From positions 1 through 64,000 of the forward strand of contig MQRK01227972.1 of assembly GCA_001938485.1 (NCBI GenBank): 64,000 nucleotides of DNA. Direction: 5' to 3'. Origin of the DNA: Girardia tigrina (Eukaryota). The notes under the pieces were generated by a model. It did no database searches, was not told the DNA's origin, and saw only the letters and a program-made list of their open reading frames with translations. Made by a program: the position numbers and the translations under genes. Shown in pieces: positions 38,564-52,383 of this stretch. Numbering within the stretch: the stretch's first letter is position 1; every line of letters starts with the position of its first letter.

Positions 38564-38884
38564 TATTTATTATTCATTTATCAGTTTATTTATTTATTTG
38601 TTAATCTGGATTAGTGAACACTTAAAATTACTTTGATCGAGAAAGGTGGTTGAATATTATATAATGAAGGTAGATTATCTTTCTTGACGAATGGTAAGTT
38701 TTCTATTCCATAAATAAATTTTGAATCCGATTACAAGTAGCCATTCAGAGAATCATTGTTCCTAAGATATTGCAATTAAATATTTAACATTCAAAAGCAC
38801 CTCCTAGCTAAATATTATTTTTTATTTTTTCTACATATTTAACCATTTTTACACTTCATAAATAAATGATTGTAATTTGAAAAC

Positions 38885-39278
38885 TAGTAAATCAAAAAAT
38901 TAAATTTTTTATATCTATTCTTTATGCAGACAAAACTTTACTTTGCCAACAAAGTTTTGAAAATTTAAAAAATTTTAATTAAAAAAACATTAAAAATTAA
39001 TATAAACTACTTATAATTTATAAGTAGATATCTTGCAATTAATATTGTTCGGGAACTCCGATTTTCCCGTTTTTTCCCATTTTGGGATCTTAAAAAGTTG
39101 TTTTCGATCAAATTTTTAAATAATCATTTATCGTCATCAAGAATGAGTAAGTGTGTAAAGTTTGAAGAAAATCGATTGAGTAAAAAGCCTTCAAAAACAG
39201 GTTTCTAAATTCCGTGGATACATATGTATATGGGTAAAAAGCTATATGGAAAGTAAGCTAATAAAAAGAATGGAAAAA
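38885..39278. repeat. Dispersed repeat, inverted copy of 86-463
   Basis: Reverse-complement alignment with 86-463. Confidence 0.85.
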
Positions 39279-39978
39279 AGATAAGAGTTCATGTTGGCTA
39301 TTAACCAGTAATTTTGAAGATATATAGTTAGAAAATAAATACAATGTGAAAATGACATGGAAAAGGTTAGACTATTCCTATTGTTCTTAACTACCAATTA
39401 ACATTGTTCACCTTTTGTTTCAATATTAACGTTCAAGTTGGTGTCCCTGTAAGATCCAATCTTATATCATGATCTGATTGATTGTATTTCTGCTATCCTT
39501 TTCTGTATCTTCACAAAAAATCTGTTTAACAAGAAATAATTTTGATTGAAATTACCTTAACCGCGTCGCATTGACCGTGATCAATCAACTGTACAAAGAC
39601 TTGACTAAGCACTGCCACGCAAGTTTTACAAACAGTACTTCTTGACCATTTTTTTACTATAATTTTGTGCACTTTTGTATGATTTTTTTAAAGAAATTAT
39701 TATCTATTATTTTATCTTATTTCAGTGTTCTACTTTATCTTTTGTTACTTTTATACTCGTATCGATTAAAAACAAAATTAATTCATGTCAAATTATTTAC
39801 ATTAATTTTAAACCAAAATTTTTTAGTTGATTGGAATTCAAAATAATAACAAAAGATCGAAAAATATCTCCCCTTTTGTTATTTAATTAATATTAAAAGG
39901 AAGGTTTATTTTAAATTAAACTAAAATTATATTATTTTAATAAATTTCAATACAAGTCAAATGTAATATAATATATTA

Positions 39979-41254
39979 TTAGGTTGGAAATTAAGTTATT
40001 GCCGATTTGTTCAATGAAATACAAGAGTTTTTTTACTTGTAATGAACGTTAATCTATGATGTATTTTCAACTTTATTCGAAGATCTTATGCCATCTTTCT
40101 GATAACTTGAAAAATCTACATTCGCAGAAAGTAGGATCATTTTCAGTCAAAAACGGAGTTAAGTGAGATTTTATAGCGTCATCATCATTGTACGTTTTAC
40201 CACGAATGGAGTTTTCCAGGGATCGAAATAAGCAGTAATCCGATGGCGCGAGATCAGGACTATTTGGTGGATGTGACATTAATTACCAACCAATTAATAA
40301 ACAATACCATCAATTTTTACCGAGTGGCCAAAGATGTGTGACGGCCAGCATTATCCTTGTGAAAATGACACCTTTACGATTGATACATTCTGGTCGCTTT
40401 TCCTTGACCGATGTATTCAATTTATCCATTTGCCGACAGTAGACCTCCGAGTTGATGGTTTGGTTACTTGGAAGCAGCTCGAAATACACGGGACATTTCC
40501 AATTCCGTCAAATAGACAGAAAAATCTTCTTTTTGTGAATAATAAACATGAAGTGGTTTTCGATGACTCATTAGGTGTATGACATGATCGTTTTCGATTG
40601 TCATTGCTGTAAACAATCCAGCTTTCCTCTCCGTTGATGATTTGTTTAAAAAAGGATAAAATTCAAGGTGTTAAATTAATGAATCGCAAATGTTGATGCG
40701 ATTTGTGAGATGAACTTCTTTCAAATCATACGTAATTCAAATACCAAGCTTCTTAAGGAGATCGACACGTTTAAAATGCTTCTCAACGGCTGAATGTAAA
40801 ACATTTAATTTCTCTGAAATCTCCGGTTTTGATCTGCTTTGACTATGGTTTTGACTTCATTCTCATTAAGTTCAACTGGTCGACCTGAACGTTGTTCATC
40901 TTTAAGAGAAAAATCTATACAACGGAATTTTTAAAACTAATTTCGGCATTGCCTTATTTTAAGGGTTTCTTTCCCATACACATCACTTAACGCTTTAGAG
41001 ACTTGCATTGCGTTCTTTTCTTTATGGAAATAATAAAGCAAAATATGGTGAAAATGTTCATCTTTGCACTCCTATTAATTAATGATTATTATATTAAACA
41101 TTAAAATCTTTAAAATTCTTTAAGAAAATACCTACGCAATTAATTTGTAAAGTGAGGTTAGATGACAGTTAATATATATATGAAGTTTATATATTTATGG
41201 ATAGTTGGAATGAGAGACATCTATAACTGAAATTTTACTTAGTTGCGAAACCAA
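39979..41254 (-). mobile_element. Full-length degenerate mariner
   Basis: TA|TTAGGTTGGAAATTAAGT...ACTTAGTTGCGAAACCAA|TA; HPPNSPDLAPSDY motif; ~1.28 kb. Confidence 0.9.
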
Positions 41255-41692
41255 TATAATAATTTTATTAAATGTATCTTTCGAAACTGTTTCAGATGTC
41301 TTCTTATGCCAATACTTGAGACCGAAGATGTTACTGCACAACTTAAACACGCCATTCTCGTCGATTCTTTTTTTTCTAATTATTCGAAATTCAACAAGTA
41401 TTCTCCTTCCGCTGAAATAGTATTTTATTTTATATTATAATGTTGTTTTCTCACTCATTTGTAGCTTGATCCGGTTAAAAGGCTCTCTTTATTTACTTGA
41501 TTTGTTAAAAACCAATAATCACATGTTGTCGTTTTGCGCTAACAGATGATAAATCCATTTTGCCATTAACAATTAATTTAAAATTTTTTTGGTAATTTGA
41601 AGTTTTATCTGAAACTTTGATCAATAAATGCTTAATATTTGAATTTATTACATAGTAAATATTTAAAAAAAGATGAAGTATTAAGTTATTAA

Positions 41693-41928
41693 CCCTTTCC
41701 TGACTATTGATACCATGTGGAATCATGTTTCATTTTAATACTTTATAGGCATCTTTTGAAAAAATATGAATTATATTTTATTTATGATCGATAAGGAAGA
41801 TTTCTGTTTTAAAGACAAATTATTTTAACACGTGTCTTTTAAACTGTCCTTTTGTTTTTTATCATTTGAAAGTTGCAGAAAATGATTTACGAACGCCATT
41901 AATTCATCTTAATTAAGACAGGAAAGGG
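41693..41928. mobile_element. piggyBac-type MITE
   Basis: TTAA|CCCTTTCCTG...CAGGAAAGGG|TTAA. Confidence 0.9.
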
Positions 41929-44900
41929 TTAAGCATCCAATTCCGGCAACTTTCAAATCAGAACATTTTTAATGTAGATTGAATTCTGCAGTTGTTCTCT
42001 GCTATTCTACCCAGCGGAGTCCCTGATTTGCTAGACCGGTAATCTGCTGTTGTAGTTTGTTTAGCGTCTTCTTTGAATATGTAGAAAGGATATCTGGCTT
42101 CATTGTTTTGTTTGTCACAGAAACAAAAAAAGTTTATTACAAAATATTTATTGTTGACCGTAAACAAGAGGTACATCTTAATCTCTTATACTTCAATATA
42201 CTGCATACACTACATAGATGTTTGTGATGAGTTTTATTCAGAAGAACTAGGAATCTATGTTACAAATATCCAATAGATACTTAAGGATTTCATTCGAATG
42301 TATAGCAGTCTATCTTGTAGCGTTCTACTAACATTCATATGGTTGTTTGAAATATATGTATTAGACAGGATGATCGTAAAGTGATCAAAGAAGGAGATAC
42401 ACGAGATTATAAATTAATCGAATGTGTATGTACAAACACAGAAAATCCTGATCCTTGCGAAATCATGTTAAATATCTTAATCCTTGTGAAAGGTTTGAAG
42501 ACGAGGTTGATGTTTTGTAAATTATCTGAAGATAAGTAATTTAAAAATTTCATTTTAAAAATTATCATACTTCTTAGAAAATTGTGGTTCATATGAATAC
42601 CAATTTTCTGTGATTAGTGTCTCAAGGAAGCAGAAATCAAGTCCCTAGGAAACCATTATGGTCAACTTACACCTTTTATGGGGGAATCTTTGTAGAAGAA
42701 AGAGAAATAGCTGAAAGGCTTAAACCAAAACAAATCTGGAAAGCCCAGATTACCAGGCACTGGAAAAATTCCTGCAACAAGAAATCAAAAAGAAGAGTTT
42801 AATTGTTCAAATAGAAAATTAAGAATCTTCATACATTAAAGTGACATAAGATTCGTAAATATTAATAGAATTGAAAAAGTTTGACGAAATTGCAGGATTT
42901 GAATCAGGTTTAGATGAAATTGAGCAAACGAACGAGAAAATAAACAAATGGCTAATGAAATAAACTAAAAAAGCACATTTGAGGACAAAATAAATTTTGA
43001 GGAAGAAAATATTGAATCACCAAAAGACTAAATAATCGTTGAAGGTTGACATTTGAACGAATACACTAACTTGAGACAAAAGGTTCGAGTATTCATTGAA
43101 GAAGCTGATAAAACATCTGAGGACAAAATGCTTTCTTTGAACAGGTATCGATCTACAAAGGTGCTTGAGCTCGTTTTTTATTATTGATCTATGATAATAT
43201 GTCATATAAATAGTTGTTTAAATATTCATTTAATCGTCATATTCAAAGAGATGAATAAGCTAGAATTAGTAATAGTGACAAGTAACGCATTTTTACTTAG
43301 TTACTGTGTTTTGGTAGCGCAGAGGAAGCGCATTTTGCTTAACATGATTGTCATAAGACACATCAATGATGGAAAGATGAATTTAAGTTTTCATAATAAT
43401 AATAATAACAATTTTTTTACTGTTAAGATTCGCTTCCTTGTCCACATTCCAGATATCCACAATATTATATTGATAATTTGCAAGATTCTTTGTCAGCATT
43501 GTATGAACAATATTGGGAAAATGTTTGCTATAAATATATATATATATATATGTGTGTGTATATAAATATACATACATTTCATCACATTCTTGGCTACAGT
43601 ACAACCTATCTTCGAGAGCAAGTGCACAAACAGTAGATCCACGAGTAAACGATTCGATTCCGAAATAAGTGACAAAAAAAAACAGAAATTAGATTGGAAC
43701 CGTCACTGGATATTTGGATCTGCCGGACTGATATTTGAAACCAAAGCGGCACTTTATCGGATAAATCAATTTTTTTGATAATCAACACCATTTGATCCGT
43801 ATTTTGCACCAAATCAATAATTCTTGTCCTTACTAGGATCGTTACTCATTCTTTATCGATTCTAACAGGGACTAAGTCTAACCAGCAATAATGAAGGCGT
43901 TTACTGACTTGAAAATACAGGTGTTTTATTTCTGAATATAATCTACACTCTGCAGATAGAGGCATATTCAAAGAGGAAATCAAAAGGAAAAGAGAGTGAA
44001 AGAGGATATAGTAGAACCTCAGGAATCAATGCTCTTGATGGAGGAAAGGGATTATAAGCATACAGAGCCTAAAGACACGGAGGATTTTGATCCAGCCACC
44101 CTGGATGGACTCCTATAGTCATACAACTTAGGGATTCGAGTGCAACAGGAGGTGTACAAAATCAAGTACAGGATGACGAATCATCTGACGATGAAACACA
44201 AGTCTCCTTTCCATATAGGAGGCAAGTTGCAGACTCGTCTGAGGATGAAAATAACCCATTATGGGAGGAAGAATTATTCTCCGATGATGAGTTGATAAGG
44301 GGGTGAGTAGAAGTGTCTGGCTTGGTGGAAACGATCACCCAATTAAAGGGTGCCGTGGGAGGCCGCGAGTAAAGAACCACCGTGAAAACCAGAGCACATG
44401 TTGAAGACTGCTTCGGCCCGAAACATGGTACAAATGAATTCAGGTAACAACCGGGGACTTTTGCTCACAGACAAAAAAAATAATTGAAAAGTTCAAAAAA
44501 ATGAAATAATATTAAAAAGAAATGATCCTACAATTTCGGGTCAAGGGAGGATAATTATAGATTAAATTTAATTTTTTCAAAGAATTTTTAAATCAAAATT
44601 TAAAGAAAAGTAATGAAAAAAGTTAGTCTATGGTTATTGAATATGTAAAATTAGGAATTTTCCTTTCTAAATGATTCTAAATAAATTTGTAATTGGAAGG
44701 CGAAATTATGATAAATTAAAATATAAACAATTAGTTAGAATTATGAATTAGGAGTTTGTATACAAGTTTGAAAATTAAGCAGTATAACCGCCAATTAATG
44801 AATTTTATTTTTTGATGGATTTATGCTCTTGAATATGTTTATCATTAAGAACTTTTAGTCATTCATGACTCAGTTTCACACTTTTCAAGTTTTTTTTCAG

Positions 44901-45129
44901 GTTGCCAATTTGAAATATTATACTGATCACAAATCGCGAATTCATCTCACGCAAATGAAATATGATTATATCTTATACTTGTCACAGTTTAGATCTTTTC
45001 AGTCTCATATCTTTCCGTCAAGCAAATTTTATTACTGATTTTTTTATCTTAAAAATCCAGACTCAGAAATTTCATTTCTTTAAGATTCAACCCTCGAGAT
45101 GCTTCAGTTTGAAGACCTTTTGATAAACA

Positions 45130-45660
45130 ATGTCCGAACACAATCCTAAAGGAGTATGTGATTTATTGCAAAACATATTCTCAACTTTAAATGATCAATC
45201 ATTTAAAGTTGAGAATATGTTTTGCAATAAATCACATACTCCTTTAGGATTGTGTTCGGACATTGTTTATCAATACACATGTAATGGGTGCAATGCCACA
45301 TACATCGGAGAGNNNNNNNNNNNNNNNNNNNNNNNNNNNNNNNNNNNNNNNNNNNNNNNNNNNNNNNNNNNNNNNNNNNNNNNNNNNNNNNNNNNNNNNN
45401 NNNNNNNNNNNNNNNNNNNNNNNNNNNNNNNNNNNNNNNNNNNNNNNNNNNNNNNNNNNNNNNNNNNNNNNNNNNNNNNNNNNNNNNNNNNNNNNNNNNN
45501 NNNNNNNNNNNNNNNNNNNNNNNNNNNNATAATCAGTGATCTGATGATGACGGTTAAACCGTCGAAATATATTATCCTAAAATATATTTTTAAATGGCGT
45601 TTATTTGTTTTTAATAAAAAATTGCCATCTTTTTTCAAGTTTATTTTCAATAAATACATT
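45130..45660 (+). mobile_element. Penelope-like element 3' part (GIY-YIG endonuclease start, gap, pseudo-LTR)
   Basis: SDIVYQYTCNGCNATYIGE, then an N gap, then a tail containing a hammerhead core and AATAAA. Confidence 0.8.
45538..45576 (+). ncRNA. Minimal type I hammerhead ribozyme candidate
   Basis: gat-CTGATGA-T-GACGG(ttaaa)CCGTC-GAAA-TATA-TT-atc: intact core, 5-bp stem II, palindromic TATA in place of stem III, 3-bp stem I; Penelope context. Confidence 0.62.
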
Positions 45661-46149
45661 TTTATTTTATACAATGCACTTTACAGTGAAATTGAAATTT
45701 CGAACGTCAAGAATTTTTAACAATCAAAGATTCCATTTACCCTATTTATTTTATTTTTTGGATCATCACTTATTTATATTTTGATAAAATCATCTAATTT
45801 TTATTAAAATCCCTCTTTCTTTTCTTTTTGAACTCAAATTATTAAAGTTTTGTTAATGTTTTTCAAATGAACTGATTGAATATCTCCTTCAACGTTGTAT
45901 TATCTCCTGTATCAATGAATTTTATCACATTTAAATCTTAAACAATTTACTTCATAATTTTGAAGTACTACTTACTAGTTAAAAGTAATTTTTTAAATTC
46001 GATCACATTGTTTTCATTTTATTTATTCTTTTATCTAAAAATAATTAGAGTGACTTTTGTTTAAATCCTTCAATATTGAAATCTATTCAACCTTGGAAAC
46101 CAAACCAACTTCAAAAATTAATAAATTACTACACGCTTGTATTTCATTC

Positions 46150-46303
46150 ATGGAATTATATCTCTTGAATTTTACAATTGATTTTGGTAAAACTATTTTG
46201 CTGATTTTGTATTCGATAGTCGAAGCGGCTGTTAAATTTTGTATTCCCAATCGTTTTCGTAGGAAATCGATTTTCGATCAAATAGTTCTCATTACGGGAG
46301 CAG
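46150..46303 (+). CDS. Exon 1 of SDR16C-type short-chain dehydrogenase (epidermal retinol dehydrogenase / 17-beta-HSD11-like)
   Basis: MELYLLNF..hydrophobic anchor..RKSIFDQIVLITGA G|GTGATT; phase 1; start of TGxxxGxG. Confidence 0.88.
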
Positions 46304-46411
46304 GTGATTGCAGTTTTGAGAGATTCAGAGAGCTTTTTGAATATCGCGATTAGATGATTATTTAAACAAATATTTCGATGGTATATTACTGGGTTATGCA
46401 TTAATATATAT

Positions 46412-47026
46412 AGTTTTTCTATCTATTTTCCAATACTCGCAATCAATTTTGTCAACTAAAGTTATGAAAACATCTTTTTTAAATTTTTTTGCAACCATTT
46501 TTTCAATCTTTGCAATCAAAATTCCAATTCTTGCAATCCATTTTCCAATGATGTATTAATTAAATTTAATCAATAAAATTTCATAAAATCAAAATTGTTT
46601 TAAAACGTTTTTTGATTTTTTTATGTATGAAAAATTGTTAATAGAAAGAACAGCATAATTAATAAAATCAAAAAATCAATGACATCAATTACGCCACCAA
46701 AGTTTATTAATAAAACAAGTATTTATATGTTGCATGGTCGTTCCATCGATGTTCTCTTCTTCAAGAATCGCTCCTTCTTGAATTATCGGAGTTTCTCGTG
46801 GATTGTGTATTTGTAATCTGAGAGATCAAATTATACTTCATATTTTTATTTCTGATGTCAATGATTTCTTTAATTTTATTAATTTTGCTGTTTCTTCTAT
46901 TATAATTTTTCATGTATTAAAAATCAAAAACGTTTTAAAACAATTTTGATTTTATGAAATTTTATTGATTAAAATTACATCATTGGAAAATTGATTGCAA
47001 AGATTGGAAAATAGATCGAAAAACCC
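46412..47026. mobile_element. Foldback/palindromic non-autonomous element
   Basis: Long inverted arms (tctattttccaat/attggaaaataga; aatcaaaattgttttaaaacgttt mirrored) with short ttgcaatc repeats. Confidence 0.8.
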
Positions 47027-47157
47027 TATATTTAAAATTATTCATTAAAATATTTAAAATGTTTCATTAATATATTTTAAATTATGTAATAAAGGCTCTA
47101 TTTGAAAATGTTTATCAGAGGAGTTTAGTGTGAAGCTTGAATATTAATTTTTGGATC

Positions 47158-47300
47158 CATGGATTATAAATATACATGTTATGGGTGTGACGCCACATAC
47201 ATTGGAGAGACATCTCGTCATCTCTACAAACGGATCAAAGAGCATAGTCGATTGGATAATGGGAGCAATATTGCTGAACATAATTTAAAATGTAAAAAAA
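47158..47300 (+). mobile_element. Penelope GIY-YIG fragment
   Basis: YKYTCYGCDATYIGETSRHLYKRIKEH..SNIAEH. Confidence 0.85.
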
Positions 47301-47664
47301 AGTGGAACCTTTATTACATATTTGGTTACATATTCATCATTCTCATATATTTTAAATTATAAATAATTAGATAATTGAACAACAAAAGACAAATAAACTG
47401 ATTACAATACATAAAAAATATGAAAAAAATAAATGTTCACAATTAACTAAATAAAATTCCGTCTTGTAAGTGCTGTACCAACCTGTAAAATCCACATTTT
47501 GATCCTCAAAAATTTCACTTATTTTTACTGTAATTTATGCTCTTCTTATTTGTACTGATACGAAAGCAGCAAATTGGCTTTTTAAAAAACTAAAAAAACT
47601 CCTCGATTGATTCAATTGTGGTGAATACGGTTTTGTAAATTTCTATGTAATATTTTTTTCTTGC

Positions 47665-49895
47665 TGTGACGAATATTTTTGAATGGTGTTTATTGTGTGT
47701 TGTTTGGTATGTTGTTTTAGGATTGTGTTTCTCCCACCCAGATGGAAGATTGATATTTTAAATATTTTAAAACGTCGAGTTGTTTAATCAATTATTGAAA
47801 TATAAATAATCACTTTAAAATTAAACTAATATTTCATAATTAATATTTTCTTAAAATAAATAAAAATTATTTTAAATTTAAAGTATAAATTATTTTTGTA
47901 ATAATTAAATTGTAATTTAAATTTGTTTGAATAATAAGACGCTAAAGAATATTATTAAAGATTATCAATCAAGAACGATGACGAGCTACGCAATTTTTAC
48001 GGAGAATTGTTGTAGTGACAATTCACATTGTGATGTAAATAAATGTAAAGAAAACCCAATTAATGTTCTTAATATGGCGACCAACGACCACGTGATTCCG
48101 AACATTAGAGGTCCAGAAATATTTGACGGATCTGAGTCAAAAGTTGAGGAATTCTTAAAGAGCTTCGGCAGATATGCGAAGATCATGGGATTCTCAGAAG
48201 AAAGAAGAGTCTTGCTGGTGACAGCATTCATGAGTCTGGAAGCAATAAACAAATACGAAAATGCACAGGGAGATACATAGGAAACAAAAATGTGATCTGC
48301 ATTCACCAGAGAAAAGAACATTCTGGAGATAATGAGGGAACTTGTTGAAATAAAAGTTGGATCAAACGACACCTCAACCGTATTCCGGAAAATAGACGAA
48401 CTATTTGGTAAACTAGTAGAAAAGAAATAAGGAAAAAAAGAGATATCAGACTTAGCATATGCTAACGCTGTAGATGATAGAGAAGTGAAGAGAGAAATAG
48501 CTTTGAATATCTCGAAAGCTGAGGATATCGAATGTATATAGAAGAAAATATACGAATTCGAATCAAAGAGTAAAGATATAAGGGTGCACGCGTACACCAC
48601 AAAGAGAGACAACGAATAGAGAACAGTCGAACATAAGAGACGACAGCCAAGACCACAAAACGAAGAAAGAATAATAGAAAGAAAGAAATATTACACAACG
48701 AGAAAAATTTATTATCGGGCATGCCACGAAGAAGGTCATGTGAGAAGAGAATACCCAAACACCAGGTGCAACCACTGTAATAAAAATGTGCACGTAAGAA
48801 CACAATGGTACGAAAATCCAAATAGATTCAGAGAATGGGAGCAATGGAAACGGGACAACGGAAACACTGGAAGAGATGACAGGAGAAATTATTCGAATGT
48901 GAAATATGGAGAGCGAAGTTCAAAGACAAATAAAAAATATTCAGTGGCTAAATTAGGAGAACGAAATGAAGAATGGGACAGAATGTCCGAAAGAACAGAT
49001 AGAAGGGAAGATGTTACAAGAAGAGATTACTTTATGAAGTAATAGGAAATTTAGAGACGAGTAGGGAAACGAGGATGCATGACCACAGGGAGAAGAGATC
49101 AATGTGCTACAATAGGAAGTAAATGTAGATGTATGATTGATTGTATGTATGAATGTGTATGTGATTGTATGTTTGATGATGTGTTTAAAAATATTCCTCT
49201 GGAGATATGTATACTAAATGGTGAACATGATGGAAATGATGGAAAATGTGATAATATGAAAACCGAAAAAGAGAAGAAGAGAAAAAAGAATGCAGATGTA
49301 TTGAGAATACCAATGTTTAACATAAATTACAAAAGAATTGAAAGGAAGACCAAGTATAGAGTTTCGCATAAAGAATAAAAGTGTACAGTGCCTGTTGGAC
49401 ACAGGGGCCTGAGTCAATGTTATTAAAGCAGAGATTATCAAAGATATGAAAGATATCAAAATAAAAGAAACAAAAAGACGAATACAATGTGCAAATGATT
49501 TGGAACTTATAAACTATGGAATTGAAAGGTTAGAGAAAACGATTGATTTTTTTGTAGTTAAAGATCTAGATCCAGATACGATAGTAGGGATAGAATTTGG
49601 ACAAATTTGGAATAAAGTTGAAGAAAGAACCATCTCACACAGGAAATGTATTAGTAATACGAGACGGCCCCTCTGATGAGGATAGACAAAAAGAATTAAA
49701 GAGCTGTACGAAAATAAAACTGACGACCAACTAATGGGACTTTTAACAGAATATATATCAATATTTATGGCCGACAAATGGGATATTGGAAGAACCTTAC
49801 TGATAAAACATAAAATCGAAACACATGGAGAACCGGTATTAGTGAAACCGTATCGACAGCCGAAACATTTCGAAGAAAAATTAGACGATATCATT
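47665..49895 (+). mobile_element. 5' half of degenerate Gypsy (LTR 47665-48074, PBS, gag, protease, RT start)
   Basis: TGTGACGAATA...TTCTTAATA|TGGCGACCA; gag PEIFDG, zinc-knuckle remnants, CLLDTGA; colinear with 58742-63310. Confidence 0.9.
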
Positions 49896-50219
49896 AGATA
49901 TTTTTGGTTATAACTATTGTCTCTAAGCAAAAGCTGAGACAGTTTACTTTTAATTTCTGATCGAGGGGTGATTTTTCTTCCTTTTTTGAACGTAAAATTT
50001 CCTCGTTTTTTATATTATTTTTTATTATATTATATTGTGGTGCTCCGGTAAAACGACCGAAAAAAAACCAAACAAAAACAATTTTCATTTGTTTAAGTGT
50101 ACTAGATGAGATAATAGAGAAGTGACAATTTTAAATTTTGTAATTTCGTAAAAAATAAATATCATCTTGCTTCAATTTCCAAACTCATCCAAACTTGTAA
50201 TGAGATCGGATTCGAAAAA

Positions 50220-50510
50220 AATGAAAGCGATCCGCACCGCTCGAACTCGACCGACCGAACCACACGCACCGCCGCCTCATGTATCTCGGTGGCGCACGGT
50301 GGAGCGCCACGACCGCATCAATACAACATCCGAGTTGCAGATTAACGCATCGATGGGATCATCCGCTGCTTCGAGCGTATCCGGCGGTCGCTGGACCGGT
50401 AACTCAGTACGGGAAGCCACCGCCAATGAATTGCTCCATCCGACATCTTCCCGCATAATGAAGAGGTACCGGTCGCCGCCATTCGGTTCGGTAGCCGGCA
50501 CCTTATATAT
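50220..50510 (-). pseudogene. GC-rich orphan exon-like fragment inside SDR intron 1
   Basis: GC-rich island in AT-rich flanks; minus frame VPATEPNGGDRYLFIMREDVGW...DDPIDALICNSDVVLM. Product not recognised and strand not certain. Confidence 0.35.
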
Positions 50511-51124
50511 GTGGTTTGTTGTGTAATGTGACAATCTTCGGCAATTTTTTTGTCGAATAAGTTTTTTCCATACATTTGCGTATTATTTTAAGAATTTAAT
50601 GTGTCTCTTTTTTTCGGTTTTTTATCTGATCTCCTTCATTTAGGTTCAACAGATTGTCATTTTCATTATAGTTATCTGCCATAGGATCTAAAATTTCGAT
50701 AAAGTAATTCTAAATTATCAAAATGATGCATAATCATAATTAAGAAATTGTTATTTATATTTACAATGTGTTTAATTTTGCTTATTCAAACATATTAATT
50801 CTAAATATATTAATGAATAATTTTAAATATATTAATGCATAACCCTGTATCATAAATCTATAATATGTCGAAATATTATTTAATTGTACCTTTAAACTGC
50901 GTTATTATAAGCAAATGATAACAATGAATTCATTTAAATAAAATTGTCAAATTATAGTGATTTTTCAATCTATTTCATAGGTATTAAATCAATAACGTTA
51001 TTTCACTATCAATAACGTCGTTATTGTTATAAAGTTACATCACTGGATAATAAATTCGATTGGTTTAAATTTTGAATCGTGTAAACCGATTTCACATATG
51101 GCATAATATCGAGTAGCATAATAT

Positions 51125-51345
51125 GTTCAGCAATAAATCTCCCACTCCTGTCGGTTTATGCTCCGATCTTGTTTATACATATACTTGTAATGGGTGTAAC
51201 GCCACACACATTGGAGAGATATCTCGTCATCTCTGCAAACGGATCAAAGAGCATAGTCGATTGAATAATGGGAATTGCTGAACATAATTTAAAATGTAAA
51301 AAGAAAATCGAAGAAAATGATGTTCAAATTCTGTGTGATAATAAA
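51125..51345 (+). mobile_element. Penelope GIY-YIG fragment
   Basis: PVGLCSDLVYTYTCNGCNATHIGEISRHLCKRIKEH. Confidence 0.85.
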
Positions 51346-51781
51346 AAAAAATTTTTGAGAGTTTAATATAATATAAAAAGTAAAATGTATAATTTTTATG
51401 TGGAACGATTTTAAAAAAAAATAATAAAATTAAATGAAACGATTAAATATTTTAAAATGTTATCGTAATTTAAAATTGATTTATAGAAGTAATGAAAAAA
51501 TCAAATATGAATATTTATAAGTATTTTTATTTATATCGGTTAAGGATTTATAAAACAAATTGTTTCTCAAAAAAATAATAAGTTTGTTTAAATATTAGAT
51601 TTAAATTTTTTGTGTGGTATAATAAAAGTTTTGATGTCAGAAATATCTCATAGTAATCATTCCGACGATGTCCCTGGAATCTCTAATAATGATTTAATTG
51701 CAAGATTAGTAATAATATATTGAAATAATTTTCAAGTATTTATAGTAATTTGATTTGTTAAAAAACTTTTTTTTAATTAAG

Positions 51782-51972
51782 GTAGCGGTATTGGAGCATC
51801 TTTAGCGGTAAGATTGGCAAAACGGAAATGCCGATTAATTCTTTGGGATATCAATATTGAGGGGTTGAAAAGTACATTGGAAAAGTGTCGTGAATATCAA
51901 TCCGAATCTTTAATTTATATATTTCAAGTTGATGTATCAAATAGGTCCCAAGTCATGGATACTGCACAGAAG
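51782..51972 (+). CDS. Exon 2 of SDR16C-type dehydrogenase
   Basis: taAG|GT AGC GGT ATT GGA: GSGIGASLAVRLAKRKCRLILWDIN...QVDVSNRSQVMDTAQK|GT; completes TGAGSGIG. Confidence 0.92.
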
Positions 51973-52348
51973 GTTCAGAATTACATAAACTGAATTAAAT
52001 TATTAATTACTACGTATAATAATGATAATTATTCATAATCAAAGCCATTTATTAAAACTGTAAGTGCGGTTTATGTCAAACGTTATGATTAAATGACGTT
52101 AAACATTGTAAACATGTCAATTCATTTCAACTGTTTTGACTAAATCTTATCAGTGTAAGGATTACTTGATATACAAACTATCTCGAATTTTGAATAATGA
52201 GCTCAGTTGCACTTACCTCCTTGGTCTGGTGGATCTTGCACATATTCTATATTTTATAAATCATCTTATTTCTTATAATTGTTTTTGAAAACATTTTCCC
52301 AAATAATCTAGAGTAGGGGGAAAATGTATGTTCTCCCGGGGGGTACCC

Positions 52349-52383
52349 GTTACCTTGGCAACGGTCGCGATTACCATAGCAAC
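52349..52383. promoter_or_regulatory. Two tandem RFX X-box-like motifs
   Basis: GTTACCTTGGCAAC (52349-52362) and ATTACCATAGCAAC (52370-52383); sequence match only. Confidence 0.4.

Noticed and set aside
86-39278. Inverted repeat pair bracketing the modular gene as a giant transposon
   Set aside because: The copies are diverged, no TSD is evident, and two independent insertions of a dispersed repeat are a simpler explanation.
42190-44560. Possible LINE endonuclease and retroelement remnants
   Set aside because: Only faint motifs (DVCDEFYSE, an acidic stretch); too decayed to call.
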